This document shows, piece after piece, positions 38,753 through 51,109 of a DNA stretch of 64,000 bases (position 1 is the first letter of the stretch; each line of letters starts with the position of its first letter). The notes beneath the pieces were generated by a model, which had not been told where the DNA came from, did no database searches, and saw nothing but the letters and a program-made list of their open reading frames with translations. This DNA is from an uncultured Fibrobacterota bacterium (GTDB taxonomy: Bacteria; Fibrobacterota; Chitinivibrionia; Chitinivibrionales; FEN-1185), in NCBI GenBank assembly GCA_963729895.1, contig CAVSQB010000028.1, positions 96,001 through 160,000 on the forward strand, in the 5' to 3' direction. A program made the position numbers and the translations under genes.

Positions 38753-40042
38753 GTGATCTCACGGATGGTTGCAGCAGCGATATATGGTGTCGTATCGTCG
38801 GCGGCGCTGTACGCCGCAGACCGGTTGGACGGCATCGCCGCGGTGGTGGGTGATTCCGCAATCCTCCAGTCGGAGCTTGACGCATACATCATGGTGCGTG
38901 AAAGCGCTGCCGGCGCAAAACCGGACAGCGTGCGGTTCCGCGACCTGCGCAAGGAGCTTATCGGCGATCTGGTGGACGGCAAGGTGCTTATCGTTCACGC
39001 GGCAAAGGATTCCAACATCGTGCTGAAGGAGACCGAGGTGGACCAGGCCGTAAGCGCCCACGTGCAGCAGATCCTCGAACAGAACAGCATGACCTTGGAT
39101 GCCCTGGAAAAAGAGCTGCACGAGAAATACGGCATGGGGCTCAACAAGTTCAAGGCGCAGCTTCGTTCCCAAATCCAGGAACAGTTGATAAAGCAGAAAG
39201 TGACCCAGCAGTATGTGGGGCAGGTTTCGGTGAGCAAGAATGATGTGGAGCAGTTTTACCGGGACTACAAAGACAGCCTGCCCACCATCGGGGAGAGCGT
39301 GCTGTTGTCCAAGATCGCCGTAAAGCTCGGCACGCCCGATTCTGTCCGCCAGGCGGCCTTCGCAAAGGCAAAGAGCATCAAACGGCACCTTGACGCAGGC
39401 GAAGATTTTGCCGCGGTTGCGAAGCAATACTCCGAAGATCCCAACGCCGCCGGCGGCGGCGATCTCGGTTTTATCACGAAGGGGACTTTAAATGAGCTCA
39501 AATTCGAGGAGGCGGTGTTCTCCCTCAACGTGGGGCAAACAAGCGACATCATCGAGTCGCGTCTCGGGTTCCATATTGTTAACGTCATGGCAAAAAAGGA
39601 CCAGACGGTCCACGTGCGGCAGATTTTCGTGAGCGTCACGCCGCCGGAGGCCGCGATCCAGCGCGCTATGGCGCAACTCGACTCGGTAAGGACGGCGGCA
39701 AAGACGCCCGCCGATTTTGCCGACGCGGTGCGGTGCTTTTCCACCGATGCGCAGTCGAAGGCGCACGGCGGGCGTGTCGGATGGGTGCCGCTGTTCTCCA
39801 TGCCCGAGGCCGCGCGCACGGCGTTGGACAGCCTTGCGGCGGGCGGTATCACCGCACCGGTGCGCGACGGCAACGAAATCACCCTGTACCGGGTCGACGA
39901 CCGGATGAAAAACAGGGCGCTTACCATGGAGGACGATTACGATCTCCTTTCCGAAAAGGCAAAAGAAATCATGGCGCAAAAGAAGCTGCTCGATCTTGTG
40001 AAGAAATGGCGCCGTGAGATATTCGTTGACATAAGGTTGTAG
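38753..40042 (+). CDS. surA: SurA-like periplasmic chaperone/PPIase
   Basis: DGIAAVVGD..ILQSEL, GEDFAAVAKQYSEDP..GGDLG, S.IIESRLGFHI, second parvulin domain. Confidence 0.9.
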   Translation: MISRMVAAAIYGVVSSAALYAADRLDGIAAVVGDSAILQSELDAYIMVRESAAGAKPDSVRFRDLRKELIGDLVDGKVLIVHAAKDSNIVLKETEVDQAVSAHVQQILEQNSMTLDALEKELHEKYGMGLNKFKAQLRSQIQEQLIKQKVTQQYVGQVSVSKNDVEQFYRDYKDSLPTIGESVLLSKIAVKLGTPDSVRQAAFAKAKSIKRHLDAGEDFAAVAKQYSEDPNAAGGGDLGFITKGTLNELKFEEAVFSLNVGQTSDIIESRLGFHIVNVMAKKDQTVHVRQIFVSVTPPEAAIQRAMAQLDSVRTAAKTPADFADAVRCFSTDAQSKAHGGRVGWVPLFSMPEAARTALDSLAAGGITAPVRDGNEITLYRVDDRMKNRALTMEDDYDLLSEKAKEIMAQKKLLDLVKKWRREIFVDIRL

Positions 40043-40047
40043 TCCCC

Positions 40048-40884
40048 GTGAATTACGGCGCTCTTGCTCCGCTGTACGACAGGCTCATGGCACATGTCGG
40101 GTATCATCGCTGGCACAGTCTTATCGAACAGGTCGTCGGGCGTTACAGCGAATCGAGGCGGCCGTCGATCCTTGAAATCGGAGGCGGCACCGGCGTGCTC
40201 GGTGAACGGATGGTTGCCGCCGGTTTCCCTTACGTCGGCTCCGACCTGTCGTATCCGATGTGCCTGCAGGCCAAGGAACGCATTGGTAAAGTAGTCTGCG
40301 CCGATGGCCGGCATCTCCCCTTCAGGGCCGCCTCGGTATTCGACCTCGTCCTCTTCCTGTACGACGGCATCAATTATCTCCGGGACCGTGATGCATACTG
40401 CCGGTTGTTCGGCGAGGTGCACGCGCAGCTGAAACCGGGCGGACTGTTTCTGTTCGACATAACCACGGTGTTTAATTCCGTCAACAATTTCAACGAATAC
40501 GTTGATTCCGACGACTTCGGCGACCATTTTTACTTCCGGCACAGTTATTATCATGCGTTGCAGGGTGTGCAATACAACGATTTCACCATTTTCAGCCGTT
40601 GTGCGGACCGGGACGCGTCGCCGCCGGCCGGCGGCGTTGCGGCAGCCGTGGCCCGGGGCCTTGCAGGGCCGGCGGTGCCGCCCGCTGGGGACGAGGACGC
40701 CGGCCTGTACCGGAAAAGCATGGAACACCACGCGCAAAAGGTCTTTCCCGTCAACGTGATACGAGATTTTGTCCCCTGCGCCCAGTTCGACATCGTGGGC
40801 ATCTGGGACGATTTTTCCCTCAAAAAGCATACGCCGCACTCCGAGCGCGTGCACTTTCTCCTCCGGAAAAAGGGCGGCCCATGA
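40048..40884 (+). CDS. Class I SAM-dependent methyltransferase
   Basis: YDRLM, ILEIGGGTG, DLSYPM, YDGINY, LKPGGLFLFD. Confidence 0.9.
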   Translation: MNYGALAPLYDRLMAHVGYHRWHSLIEQVVGRYSESRRPSILEIGGGTGVLGERMVAAGFPYVGSDLSYPMCLQAKERIGKVVCADGRHLPFRAASVFDLVLFLYDGINYLRDRDAYCRLFGEVHAQLKPGGLFLFDITTVFNSVNNFNEYVDSDDFGDHFYFRHSYYHALQGVQYNDFTIFSRCADRDASPPAGGVAAAVARGLAGPAVPPAGDEDAGLYRKSMEHHAQKVFPVNVIRDFVPCAQFDIVGIWDDFSLKKHTPHSERVHFLLRKKGGP

Positions 40885-41579
40885 TCCAGTTTTCCCATGT
40901 GACAAAGGTGTATGGAGGATCGTTTGAGGCGCTTTCCGACGTGTCGGTGTTTATTGATAAAGGCGAATTCGTCTTTCTCACCGGCGCCAGCGGCGCGGGA
41001 AAGACCACGCTGCTCAAGCACATATATATGGAGGAATTTCCCACCAAGGGCCAGGTATTCGTCGGCGGCTACGACTCCACCTACATGCGCAGCCGGGACA
41101 TTCCCCTGTTGCGCCGGAAGCTCGGGATCGTATTCCAGGATTTCCGTCTGCTTTCCGACCGCAACGTGTTCGAGAACGTCGCCTTTGCCATGCGTGTGAC
41201 GGGGCGAAAGGAGCGCGAGGTGAAACGGAAGGTGTTCGAGGTGCTTGCGCTTACCGGCCTGTCCCACAAGTGCTCGTACGGTCCGATGCAGCTTTCCGGG
41301 GGAGAGCAGCAACGGGTGTGCATTGCGCGCGCCATCGCGAACGATCCGTGGATCATTCTTGCCGACGAGCCCACGGGCAACCTTGACGTGGGCGTTTCCA
41401 AGGAAATCATGCTTCTGTTCGAGAAAATCAACAGCTGGGGAACGACCGTGATCATGGCAACGCATGACGAATTCCTCAAACAACAGTACCATTACCGCGA
41501 ACTCGTGCTGGAGCGGGGTGTCCTGATCCGGGGCGGCGACATCACGATGCGGCCCAAAATAGGCAGGATGTTCGCATGA
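40881..41579 (+). CDS. ftsE: Cell division ABC ATPase FtsE
   Basis: [53 protein letters not shown] at 40881 overlaps the upstream stop. Confidence 0.92.
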   Translation: MIQFSHVTKVYGGSFEALSDVSVFIDKGEFVFLTGASGAGKTTLLKHIYMEEFPTKGQVFVGGYDSTYMRSRDIPLLRRKLGIVFQDFRLLSDRNVFENVAFAMRVTGRKEREVKRKVFEVLALTGLSHKCSYGPMQLSGGEQQRVCIARAIANDPWIILADEPTGNLDVGVSKEIMLLFEKINSWGTTVIMATHDEFLKQQYHYRELVLERGVLIRGGDITMRPKIGRMFA

Positions 41580-42523
41580 TTCTGGTCACCGGCGCAGCGG
41601 GATTTATCGGATTTCACGTGTGCAGGCGGCTCCTTGCCGAGGGAAAGGAAGTGGTGGGCATCGACAATGTCAACGCCTACTACGATCCGTCGCTCAAGGA
41701 AGCGCGCCTGAAGATCTTGGCCGCCGTGAAGGGCTTCGAATTCCACAGGATGGACATCTGCGACTACGAAGGAGTACACTCGATTACCGCCAAAGGTCGA
41801 CCGGCCGCGATATGCCATCTTGCCGCGCAGGCGGGCGTGCGCTATTCCATCGAAAATCCTTTTGCCTACCAGAAGGCGAACAACGAGGGCTTTCTTGCCA
41901 TGCTGGAAATTGCCCGCCAACATTCCGTGGACAACTTCGTGTACGCGTCGTCGTCTTCGGTCTACGGAGGCAACACCGTATTGCCGTTTACCGAATCGGA
42001 CAGGGTCGACAATCCCCTTTCGCTGTACGCGGCCACAAAGCGGTCCAATGAGCTCACGGCATACTGCTACAGTCATCTGTACGGGCTCAAGACATCGGGC
42101 CTACGGTTCTTTACGGTATACGGCCCCTGGGGAAGGCCCGACATGGCGCTGTTCCTGTTCACAAAGGCAATTATCGAAGGCAGGCCGATCGAGGTGTTCA
42201 ACCGGGGAAACATGAAGCGGAATTTCACCTACATCGACGACATCGTGGAAGGCGTTCTGCTCACGCTGTCGCATCCGGTTCAGTACGAAATTTACAATAT
42301 CGGAAACAACAGGGCCGAGGAGCTGATGGATTTTGTCAGGGAAATAGAGAAGAACCTCGGCAGAAAGGCCGTGATCGATTTCAAGCCTATGCAGCCGGGC
42401 GACGTGCCGGCAACGGTCGCCGACATAGAAAAGCTGTCGAGGCTCGGCTACGTTCCCGCAACCAACATCGGTACGGGCATCAAGAAATTCGTGGAGTGGT
42501 ACCGGGAGTATTATCGCGTGTGA
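41576..42523 (+). CDS. NAD-dependent epimerase (UDP-glucuronate 4-epimerase-like)
   Basis: TGAAGFIG, LAAQAGVRYS, YASSSSVYG, YAATK, YGPWGRPDMA. Confidence 0.94.
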   Translation: MILVTGAAGFIGFHVCRRLLAEGKEVVGIDNVNAYYDPSLKEARLKILAAVKGFEFHRMDICDYEGVHSITAKGRPAAICHLAAQAGVRYSIENPFAYQKANNEGFLAMLEIARQHSVDNFVYASSSSVYGGNTVLPFTESDRVDNPLSLYAATKRSNELTAYCYSHLYGLKTSGLRFFTVYGPWGRPDMALFLFTKAIIEGRPIEVFNRGNMKRNFTYIDDIVEGVLLTLSHPVQYEIYNIGNNRAEELMDFVREIEKNLGRKAVIDFKPMQPGDVPATVADIEKLSRLGYVPATNIGTGIKKFVEWYREYYRV

Positions 42524-42751
42524 TGCGATACCCGGCGGCGTGCGTCACGACGCTTTGAACGGCCTGTGCGGGCTTGCGCTCCGTGCCGGCAGGCTGCAGA
42601 TTGTTCCGGGACAATCATTTATGAGAACCGGATATCGCCGGAATTATATATTTTATAGTGTCTCTGATTGTAAATGATGGTAGACTAAAAAGAATGGCCG
42701 CTTGACGGTTGTAAATCATTCTTGGATGTTCTCACACAAGGATTTGCACGA

Positions 42752-45199
42752 ATGGCTTCGGTCTTCACAAACGCAATGGCGGCAACGGCGGTGCTCGCCG
42801 TCGCCGCGTTTTCGCAATTCACGGCCCAGGACAGCGCACTTGCCAAACAGTACATGCAACAAAAGGGACTGACCCCTGCAGAGGCGAAAAATCTTTATAA
42901 TTCAAAACAGAACCCGGATTCGCTGGCCGGGCAGGGATCAAATGCGGCTTCGGCGCCGGATTCGGCCGACAGCGCGACGGCCCGCCGTCTCAAAATCGAC
43001 ACGACCGCGCAATTGTCGACCTACGAGAACATCGTTCGCAACAGGCGGGTTGATCCGGACTCGCTGCTGAGGACCCTCACCATTTTCGGGCTCGACGCAT
43101 TCACCAGCGCGAAAGTCACCACGTTCGCTCCCGCCGATTATGTGGCAACGCCGGCAGATTACGTGGTTGGAGGCGGCGACGAGATTGTGGTGCTTTTGTG
43201 GGGCAGGATCAACGAGGGAGAATACCGGCTCAAGGTCGACAGGAATGGAAGCATCAATATTCCGCACATCGGACCGGTGCCGGTGGCTGGGCTCACGTTC
43301 AACGCCCTGCAGAAGAACATCCTCGACCGGGTCCAGAACATCGAAGGCGTGCAGGCGACGGTTTCCATGGGGGAACTGCGGTCCATCGGCGTGTTCATTG
43401 TCGGAGAAGTCAAGGTGCCCGGGTTTTACACCGTGAGCGGGCTGTCCAACGTGACCAATGCGCTGTTTGCCGCCGGCGGCCCCACCAGGCGCGGGTCCCT
43501 GCGTAATGTCCAGTTGAAGCGCAACGGCAGCGCGATCGCCACCGTCGATTTCTACGACTTCCTGCTTTCCGGCAAAGACAACACGAATGTCAGGCTCAAA
43601 TCGGGCGACGTCATCATGGTCCCTGTTGTCAAGAAGATGGTCGCCATCGCGGGAAACGTCCGGCGTAGCGCGTTGTACGAAATCAGGCCGAATACGACGC
43701 TTAAGGAGGCGCTCGGCCTGGCCGGAGGTGTGTCGCCCGCGGGGTGGAGCAGCAGGATCCAGATAGAGCGGTTCAAGGACAACGCGATGCAGGTAGTGCT
43801 CGACCTCGCTTCCGAACCGGGTCAGGCCATTCCGGAATTCGATGTCCAGGACGGCGACATCATTAAGGTTTTCCCTATTGTCGACATGAACAGGAACGCG
43901 GTCTATCTTTCCGGAAACGTGTTGCGGCCCGGGAAATACGAATACAAGCCGGGCATGAGACTTTCAGATATCCTCCCCGACTTCAACGCGCTTTTGCCGG
44001 AAACTTATTTCGAATACGCCCTTATCCTGAGGCAAGACCCGCCCACCTATCTCAACCGTCTTGTCCCATTCAATCTCCAGAAAGGGCTTGCCGACCATGC
44101 CTCGGCGGACAATATTCCGCTGCAGCCCCGCGATGAGGTAATCGTGTACTCGCGGAACTATTTCGAACCGGACAGGACCGTGTCGATCGACGGCGCAGTA
44201 ACAAACCCGGGCAAGGACACCCTTCTCGACAATATGCGAGTCAGGGATCTCATCATCAAGGCGGGCGGGTTGACCGAGGAGGCAAGTCCCCAGTTCGGAG
44301 AAATCTACCGCCGGACTTATGACGGTGAAATAGTATCCACCCAAAAAATCAATTTCTGCGTGAGCTGCGCGCTTGCAAATGATTCATCAAACAACATGCT
44401 GCTCAAGAAATTCGACAGAGTGTACGTTCGCACCAAAAAGGGCTGGCAGGATGAGCGGCGGGTGATGCTCAAAGGCGAATTCGTGTTCCCTGGAGAGTAC
44501 GTTGTTCTGGAAAAGGAAACCCTGGGGCATCTCATTGAGCGTGCCGGCGGATTTACCAAGGAAGCGTACCTGCCCGCGGCGCTGGTCTGCCGTAGTTCGG
44601 TAAGGATGCTGGAGCAGAAAAGAAATGACGATTACGTGAAGGGACTCGAAACCGACGCGATGAAGCTTTCCACGGACCTTGCCTCAAAAGGTCAGAGTTC
44701 TGCGGATGCTCAGGCGCTGTTGCAGCAGCAGCTGACCTTGCTGTCGAAGTTGAGGAAGCAGGAATCGACGGGACGGATCGTTATAGACCTGACCAATCCC
44801 GCGGCTTATGAGAATTTCAATATCGAGGACGGCGACAGCGTCTTTGTTCCAAAGCAGATGGGGACAGTTTCGGTTATCGGCGAAGTATTCAATCCGGCAA
44901 CGTTCAGATTTGACGGCGTAAACACGAAAGCGAGGTTTTATGTCGACATGGCCGGAGGGTTCAAGGATAATGCAGCCAAGAAAAATATTTACATATACAA
45001 GGCAAACGGCAGCATCGTCACCAACAAGAATGTGAATGTCCTGGAAACAGGCCTGGAGCCCGGCGATGTCGTGGTTGTCCCGCAAAAAATTGAGTACCAG
45101 AACAACTTCAAGGTTTTCATGGACACGGTTACCGCGGTTTTCCAGATTGTGAGCATTCTGTCCGTCATAGCAACCTTGATTGTCTTGTCCAGGCAATAA
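42752..45199 (+). CDS. SLBB-domain polysaccharide export protein (Wza/KpsD-like)
   Basis: DYVVGGGDE..WG Poly_export motif, repeated SLBB units (GEVKVPG, GNVLRPG, GEVFNP), C-terminal helix. Confidence 0.9.
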   Translation: MASVFTNAMAATAVLAVAAFSQFTAQDSALAKQYMQQKGLTPAEAKNLYNSKQNPDSLAGQGSNAASAPDSADSATARRLKIDTTAQLSTYENIVRNRRVDPDSLLRTLTIFGLDAFTSAKVTTFAPADYVATPADYVVGGGDEIVVLLWGRINEGEYRLKVDRNGSINIPHIGPVPVAGLTFNALQKNILDRVQNIEGVQATVSMGELRSIGVFIVGEVKVPGFYTVSGLSNVTNALFAAGGPTRRGSLRNVQLKRNGSAIATVDFYDFLLSGKDNTNVRLKSGDVIMVPVVKKMVAIAGNVRRSALYEIRPNTTLKEALGLAGGVSPAGWSSRIQIERFKDNAMQVVLDLASEPGQAIPEFDVQDGDIIKVFPIVDMNRNAVYLSGNVLRPGKYEYKPGMRLSDILPDFNALLPETYFEYALILRQDPPTYLNRLVPFNLQKGLADHASADNIPLQPRDEVIVYSRNYFEPDRTVSIDGAVTNPGKDTLLDNMRVRDLIIKAGGLTEEASPQFGEIYRRTYDGEIVSTQKINFCVSCALANDSSNNMLLKKFDRVYVRTKKGWQDERRVMLKGEFVFPGEYVVLEKETLGHLIERAGGFTKEAYLPAALVCRSSVRMLEQKRNDDYVKGLETDAMKLSTDLASKGQSSADAQALLQQQLTLLSKLRKQESTGRIVIDLTNPAAYENFNIEDGDSVFVPKQMGTVSVIGEVFNPATFRFDGVNTKARFYVDMAGGFKDNAAKKNIYIYKANGSIVTNKNVNVLETGLEPGDVVVVPQKIEYQNNFKVFMDTVTAVFQIVSILSVIATLIVLSRQ

Positions 45200-45231
45200 G
45201 CTGGGCGGCAAATGGATCGAGGCGCTCCGCC

Positions 45232-45285
45232 TCGCAAAGAAAGAAGGGGATTTTCCCCACGGAGAATCGCCCTTTTTCTTTGCGA
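45232..45285. terminator. Bidirectional terminator-like hairpin between the convergent SLBB gene and gyrA
   Basis: TCGCAAAGAAAGAAGGGGATTTTCC-ccac-GGAGAATCGCCCTTTTTCTTTGCGA. Confidence 0.7.
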
Positions 45286-45332
45286 ATGCATTCCGGCACG
45301 GCCCGCTACGCACCAAGTATGTCAGGCCCGTC

Positions 45333-47882
45333 CTAGTCCGGAGGCGTCGGGGCAGTGTCCGCAGGGCTGCTCAAACCGGCTTCCTGGGATCCCGTTGCAT
45401 TCGGCGCGGCTGCGTCCGGCCCGGAGAGCGGCGCTACCTGCGTCTCGCTCTCCTTTTCGCACAGCGCAACATCAACGACCTTATCGCCTTCGTCAAGATT
45501 GATCAACCGCACGCCCTGGGTGTTGCGGCCGATGACCGAAATTCTACTCACGTCGCAGCGGATGATGATGCCGTTCTTGGTAATGAGCATGATGTCGTTT
45601 CCTCCGGTGACGCCCTTGAGCCCAACCACGGCGCCGTTGCGTTCCGTGGTCTTGATGTTGATGATCCCCGAACCTCCGCGGTTGGTTTTGCGGTATTCCT
45701 CAAGGGCGGTGCGCTTGCCGAAGCCGTTCTCCGTCACGGTGAGCACCTGCTGCGACTCGTCAACGATAATCATGCTTACCACGCGGTCGTTGCTCACGAG
45801 CCGTACGCCGCGTACACCACGGGTGTTGCGGCCGAGTTCCCGGGCGGCGCTCTCGTGGAACCTCACTGCCTGGCCGTTTGCCGTACCCAGGATGATGTCG
45901 TTGTTACCGTTTGTCAGTTTGCATTCGATCATTCTGTCGCCGTCGTCGAGGTGCATGGCGTTGATGCCGTCCTTGCGGATATTCGAGTAGGCCGCAAGCG
46001 GCTGCTTGTTCACCACGCCGCGCTCGGTGGCGGTCACCACAAAGTGCGATTCGTCGAACTCGCGCACCGGCACGAACGCCGCGATCTTCTCGTCCGGTTT
46101 CAGGCTTATCAGGTTGACAATAGGTTTGCCCCGCGACTGGCGGAGCGCCTCGGGTATCTTGTAGACCTTGAGCCAGTAGCAGCGTCCGGCGTTGGTGAAA
46201 AAGAGGATGGAAGCGTGCGCCGACGCGACAAACAGGGTCTCTACGAAATCGTCGTCCTTGGATTCCATGCCGAGCACGCCCTTGCCGCCGCGGCCCTGCG
46301 TCCGGTAGGCCGATACCGGGCATCGCTTGACGTAACCGGAATGCGACATGGTGACCACCATGTCTTCGTCTGGAATGAGGTCTTCCATGTCGATGTCGGT
46401 GTCTTCATCCGACGCCTCAACGATTTCGGTGCGGCGCGCGTCGCCGAACCGTGTCTTGATGTCGAGGAGTTCAGCCTTAATAATTGCCATGCGCCTTTCC
46501 CGGCTCGCAAGTATGGCCGTGTATTCGCCGATGAGGCGGCGAAGTTCGGTAAGTTCATTTTCGATCTTCTCGCGTTCGAGGCCGGTGAGCCGCTGCAGCT
46601 TCATTTCCAGGATCGCGTGCGCCTGAAGTTCCGACAGCGAGAATCGTTGCATCAGCTGGTGCTTTGCATCGTCCGTGGAGGCGGCAGCCTTGATAAGAGC
46701 GACTATTTCGTCGATGTGGTCTATGGCGATGGTGAGGCCTTCAAGGATGTGCGCCCGTTCCTGGGCCTTTGCGAGGTCGTGCCGGGTTCGGCGGGTGACC
46801 ACGGTGTGCCGGTGGTCGATGAAGTACGTGACGAGGTCTTTGAGCGGGAGCTGGCGAGGCTGCTTATTGACAAGAGCGAGGTTGTTAATGGCAAAGGTGT
46901 CCTGCAGGCTTGTAAACTTGTACAGCTGGTTGAGCACGACGTCGGCAAAGCTCTCCTTCTTCACGCCGACCACGATGCGCATGCCCGACCGGTCCGATTC
47001 GTCGCGCAAGAAGGAAATGCCGTCTATGGTCTTTTCCCGCACCAGTTCGGCCATGCGTTCGAGCAGGGCCGATTTGTTGACCATGTACGGGATCTCGGTT
47101 ATCACGATCTGCTCGCGTTCGCCCTGTTTCTCCACGTCGGCCTTTGCGCGCACGATGAGTTTGCCGTTGCCGGTCTTGTAGGCGGAAAGAATGCCGTTTT
47201 TTCCGTAGATGATGCCCCCGGTGGGAAAATCCGGCCCCGGGATGTATGCGAGAAGGTCGAGAACGGTAAGGTCCGGATTGTCGATGCACGCGACGACGCC
47301 GTCGATCACTTCGCTCAGGTTGTGGGGCGCCATATTGGTTGCCATGCCCACCGCAATGCCCGTGCTGCCGTTGAGCAGAAGAAACGGCAGCTTTGCAGGC
47401 AGTACCGACGGCTCCGTCATGGAGTCGTCGTAGTTGGGCACGAAATCAACCGTGTCTTTGTCGATGTCGGCAAGCATCTCCTCGGCAAGCGCTGTCATAC
47501 GACATTCGGTGTAGCGGTAGGCGGCGGGCGGATCGCCGTCTATGGACCCGAAGTTTCCCTGCCCTTCCACCATGGGATAGCGAAGGGAGAAATCCTGCGC
47601 CATGCGCACGAGCGTGTCGTAAATGGCGGCGTCGCCGTGGGGATGGTATTTGGCCATCACATGGCCGACGACATTGGCGCATTTTTTTGTAGGCTTGTTG
47701 TGTTCCAGGCCGATATCCGAAAGCCCCATGAGCACGCGGCGATGCACCGGTTTGAGCCCGTCGCGGACGTCCGGAAGGGCGCGAGCGGTTATCATGCTCA
47801 TCGAGTAGTCGAGATACGATTTCCGCATCTCGTCTTCGATAAATACCGGAGTAATGTTCTGGGTTTGTTGGTCGTCTGCCAT
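45333..47882 (-). CDS. gyrA: DNA gyrase subunit A
   Basis: RALPDVRDGLKPVHRR, YHPHGD, AAYRYTE, GyrA box QGRGGKG; ATG at 47882 follows AGGAG. Confidence 0.98.
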   Translation of the reverse strand: MADDQQTQNITPVFIEDEMRKSYLDYSMSMITARALPDVRDGLKPVHRRVLMGLSDIGLEHNKPTKKCANVVGHVMAKYHPHGDAAIYDTLVRMAQDFSLRYPMVEGQGNFGSIDGDPPAAYRYTECRMTALAEEMLADIDKDTVDFVPNYDDSMTEPSVLPAKLPFLLLNGSTGIAVGMATNMAPHNLSEVIDGVVACIDNPDLTVLDLLAYIPGPDFPTGGIIYGKNGILSAYKTGNGKLIVRAKADVEKQGEREQIVITEIPYMVNKSALLERMAELVREKTIDGISFLRDESDRSGMRIVVGVKKESFADVVLNQLYKFTSLQDTFAINNLALVNKQPRQLPLKDLVTYFIDHRHTVVTRRTRHDLAKAQERAHILEGLTIAIDHIDEIVALIKAAASTDDAKHQLMQRFSLSELQAHAILEMKLQRLTGLEREKIENELTELRRLIGEYTAILASRERRMAIIKAELLDIKTRFGDARRTEIVEASDEDTDIDMEDLIPDEDMVVTMSHSGYVKRCPVSAYRTQGRGGKGVLGMESKDDDFVETLFVASAHASILFFTNAGRCYWLKVYKIPEALRQSRGKPIVNLISLKPDEKIAAFVPVREFDESHFVVTATERGVVNKQPLAAYSNIRKDGINAMHLDDGDRMIECKLTNGNNDIILGTANGQAVRFHESAARELGRNTRGVRGVRLVSNDRVVSMIIVDESQQVLTVTENGFGKRTALEEYRKTNRGGSGIINIKTTERNGAVVGLKGVTGGNDIMLITKNGIIIRCDVSRISVIGRNTQGVRLINLDEGDKVVDVALCEKESETQVAPLSGPDAAAPNATGSQEAGLSSPADTAPTPPD

Positions 47883-47917
47883 GAGATTCAGTCTCCTTGG
47901 ATCGATACGAAAGAGTG

Positions 47918-48688
47918 TTACCGCCCTTCGAGCCCGGAAAGCAGGGGCAGGGCCCATTCCGCGGTGGCGTCGAAGCTGAGCGGCGTCACGGTGATATACC
48001 TGTTCATAAGGGCGCGCGAGTCAAATGTGTCAAGCATTTCGACGTCCTTCTTGTCGCCATACACAACATAGCCGTCTTCCGGGCCTTCCACCCGCCGGTA
48101 GCGGTCATCGAAGAAGGCCATGCTTTGCCTCGTCACCTTGACGCCGAGGCAGGCATCCGGAGGACAATCGGGAAAATTGACGTTGTAGAATGCACAGCGT
48201 CCGTTGGGGCCAGGCCCGACGGCAACAATGCGTTTCAAGATTCCGAGCGCTTTGCGGCAGTAGGGTTCAAGGTGGTCGCCGGCGCTTGCGCACAGAGAAA
48301 ATGCGATGCTCGGAACCCGCCAGAAGGCGCCCTCGCGCGCCGCGGCCACGGTCCCGGAATAATGGCCCGAAATGCCGGAGTTTTCGCCCAAGTTCATTCC
48401 CGATACTACAAGATCGGGTTTTTCCCGGAGCAGGTGGCTGATGGCGAATTTGACGCAGTCGGACGGCGTGCCGTCAATCGAGTATCCCTTCATGGCACAT
48501 CCGGGCGGCAAATCGCTGTATCGAATCGGCTTGTTGAACGTAAATGCGTGGCTGATCCCGCTTTGCTCCTTGACAGGAGCTGCCACGACGACCTCATATT
48601 CCTCACTCAGCACGTCGTAAAGCCGCCTGATGCCCGCGGAGTGAAAGCCGTCATCATTTGTCAATAATACTGAGAAGCGTTTGTTCAT
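47918..48688 (-). CDS. surE: 5'/3'-nucleotidase SurE
   Basis: LLTNDDG, GTPSDCV, VVSGMNLGEN, YSGTVAAAREG, ITVTPL. Confidence 0.96.
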   Translation of the reverse strand: MNKRFSVLLTNDDGFHSAGIRRLYDVLSEEYEVVVAAPVKEQSGISHAFTFNKPIRYSDLPPGCAMKGYSIDGTPSDCVKFAISHLLREKPDLVVSGMNLGENSGISGHYSGTVAAAREGAFWRVPSIAFSLCASAGDHLEPYCRKALGILKRIVAVGPGPNGRCAFYNVNFPDCPPDACLGVKVTRQSMAFFDDRYRRVEGPEDGYVVYGDKKDVEMLDTFDSRALMNRYITVTPLSFDATAEWALPLLSGLEGR

Positions 48689-48734
48689 GAGTTAATGTTT
48701 GGAAACCTGGTTTGCGTTACATTAATCCTTGCCG

Positions 48735-48831
48735 GCCCCCTCGCAGATCCCCCGGCGGGGACTCGCAAAGAGTTTGTATAGCCATAAAATCGTCATTTCT
48801 AATAAGTCCCCCTCCGGGGGATTTGGGGGGC
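48735..48831. repeat. 97-bp MITE-like inverted-repeat element, copy 1
   Basis: Arms GCCCCCTCGCAGATCCCCCGGCGGGGACT and AGTCCCCCTCCGGGGGATTTGGGGGGC around a 41-bp core. Confidence 0.8.
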
Positions 48832-48856
48832 GTTGACAGCCAAGGCACGCCAATCG

Positions 48857-50815
<1,959 letters not shown>

Positions 50816-51109
50816 TCAGAAGAAGACGATATCCTTGATAGAGGTGCATGGCGTTTCTCTTCGTATCGAATCGAGAATTTGTTTCTTTACATAGCTTATT
50901 TCCTGACGCCACGACGACGATGCGACCCGCACGAACAGCACACCGGTTTCGACCCTGGAGCATTCCGTGACGGACGCGAGTTTTTCACCCACGATGCGGG
51001 GCCACGCGTTCACCACGCCCCATTCCCGCACCGGCGCAAGATACCCGCGTTCCGCGAGCACGGCATTGACGATGGATCCGATAGTTTCGGGACTGCGCGC
51101 AGCGCTCAC
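50816..51109 (-). CDS. DUF721/DciA family helicase-loader protein
   Basis: WPRIVG...GVLFVRVASSSWRQEI; conserved position between recF and gyrB. Confidence 0.88.
   Translation of the reverse strand: MSAARSPETIGSIVNAVLAERGYLAPVREWGVVNAWPRIVGEKLASVTECSRVETGVLFVRVASSSWRQEISYVKKQILDSIRRETPCTSIKDIVFF

Noticed and set aside
45180..48071. 963-aa plus-strand ORF and similar long antisense ORFs (e.g. 4722-6218, 8919-10499, 49937-51145, 60033-61415)
   Set aside because: Shadow frames opposite well-conserved genes (gyrA, mlaF, coaBC, gyrB, LpoA-like), as expected in GC-rich DNA; no recognisable motifs
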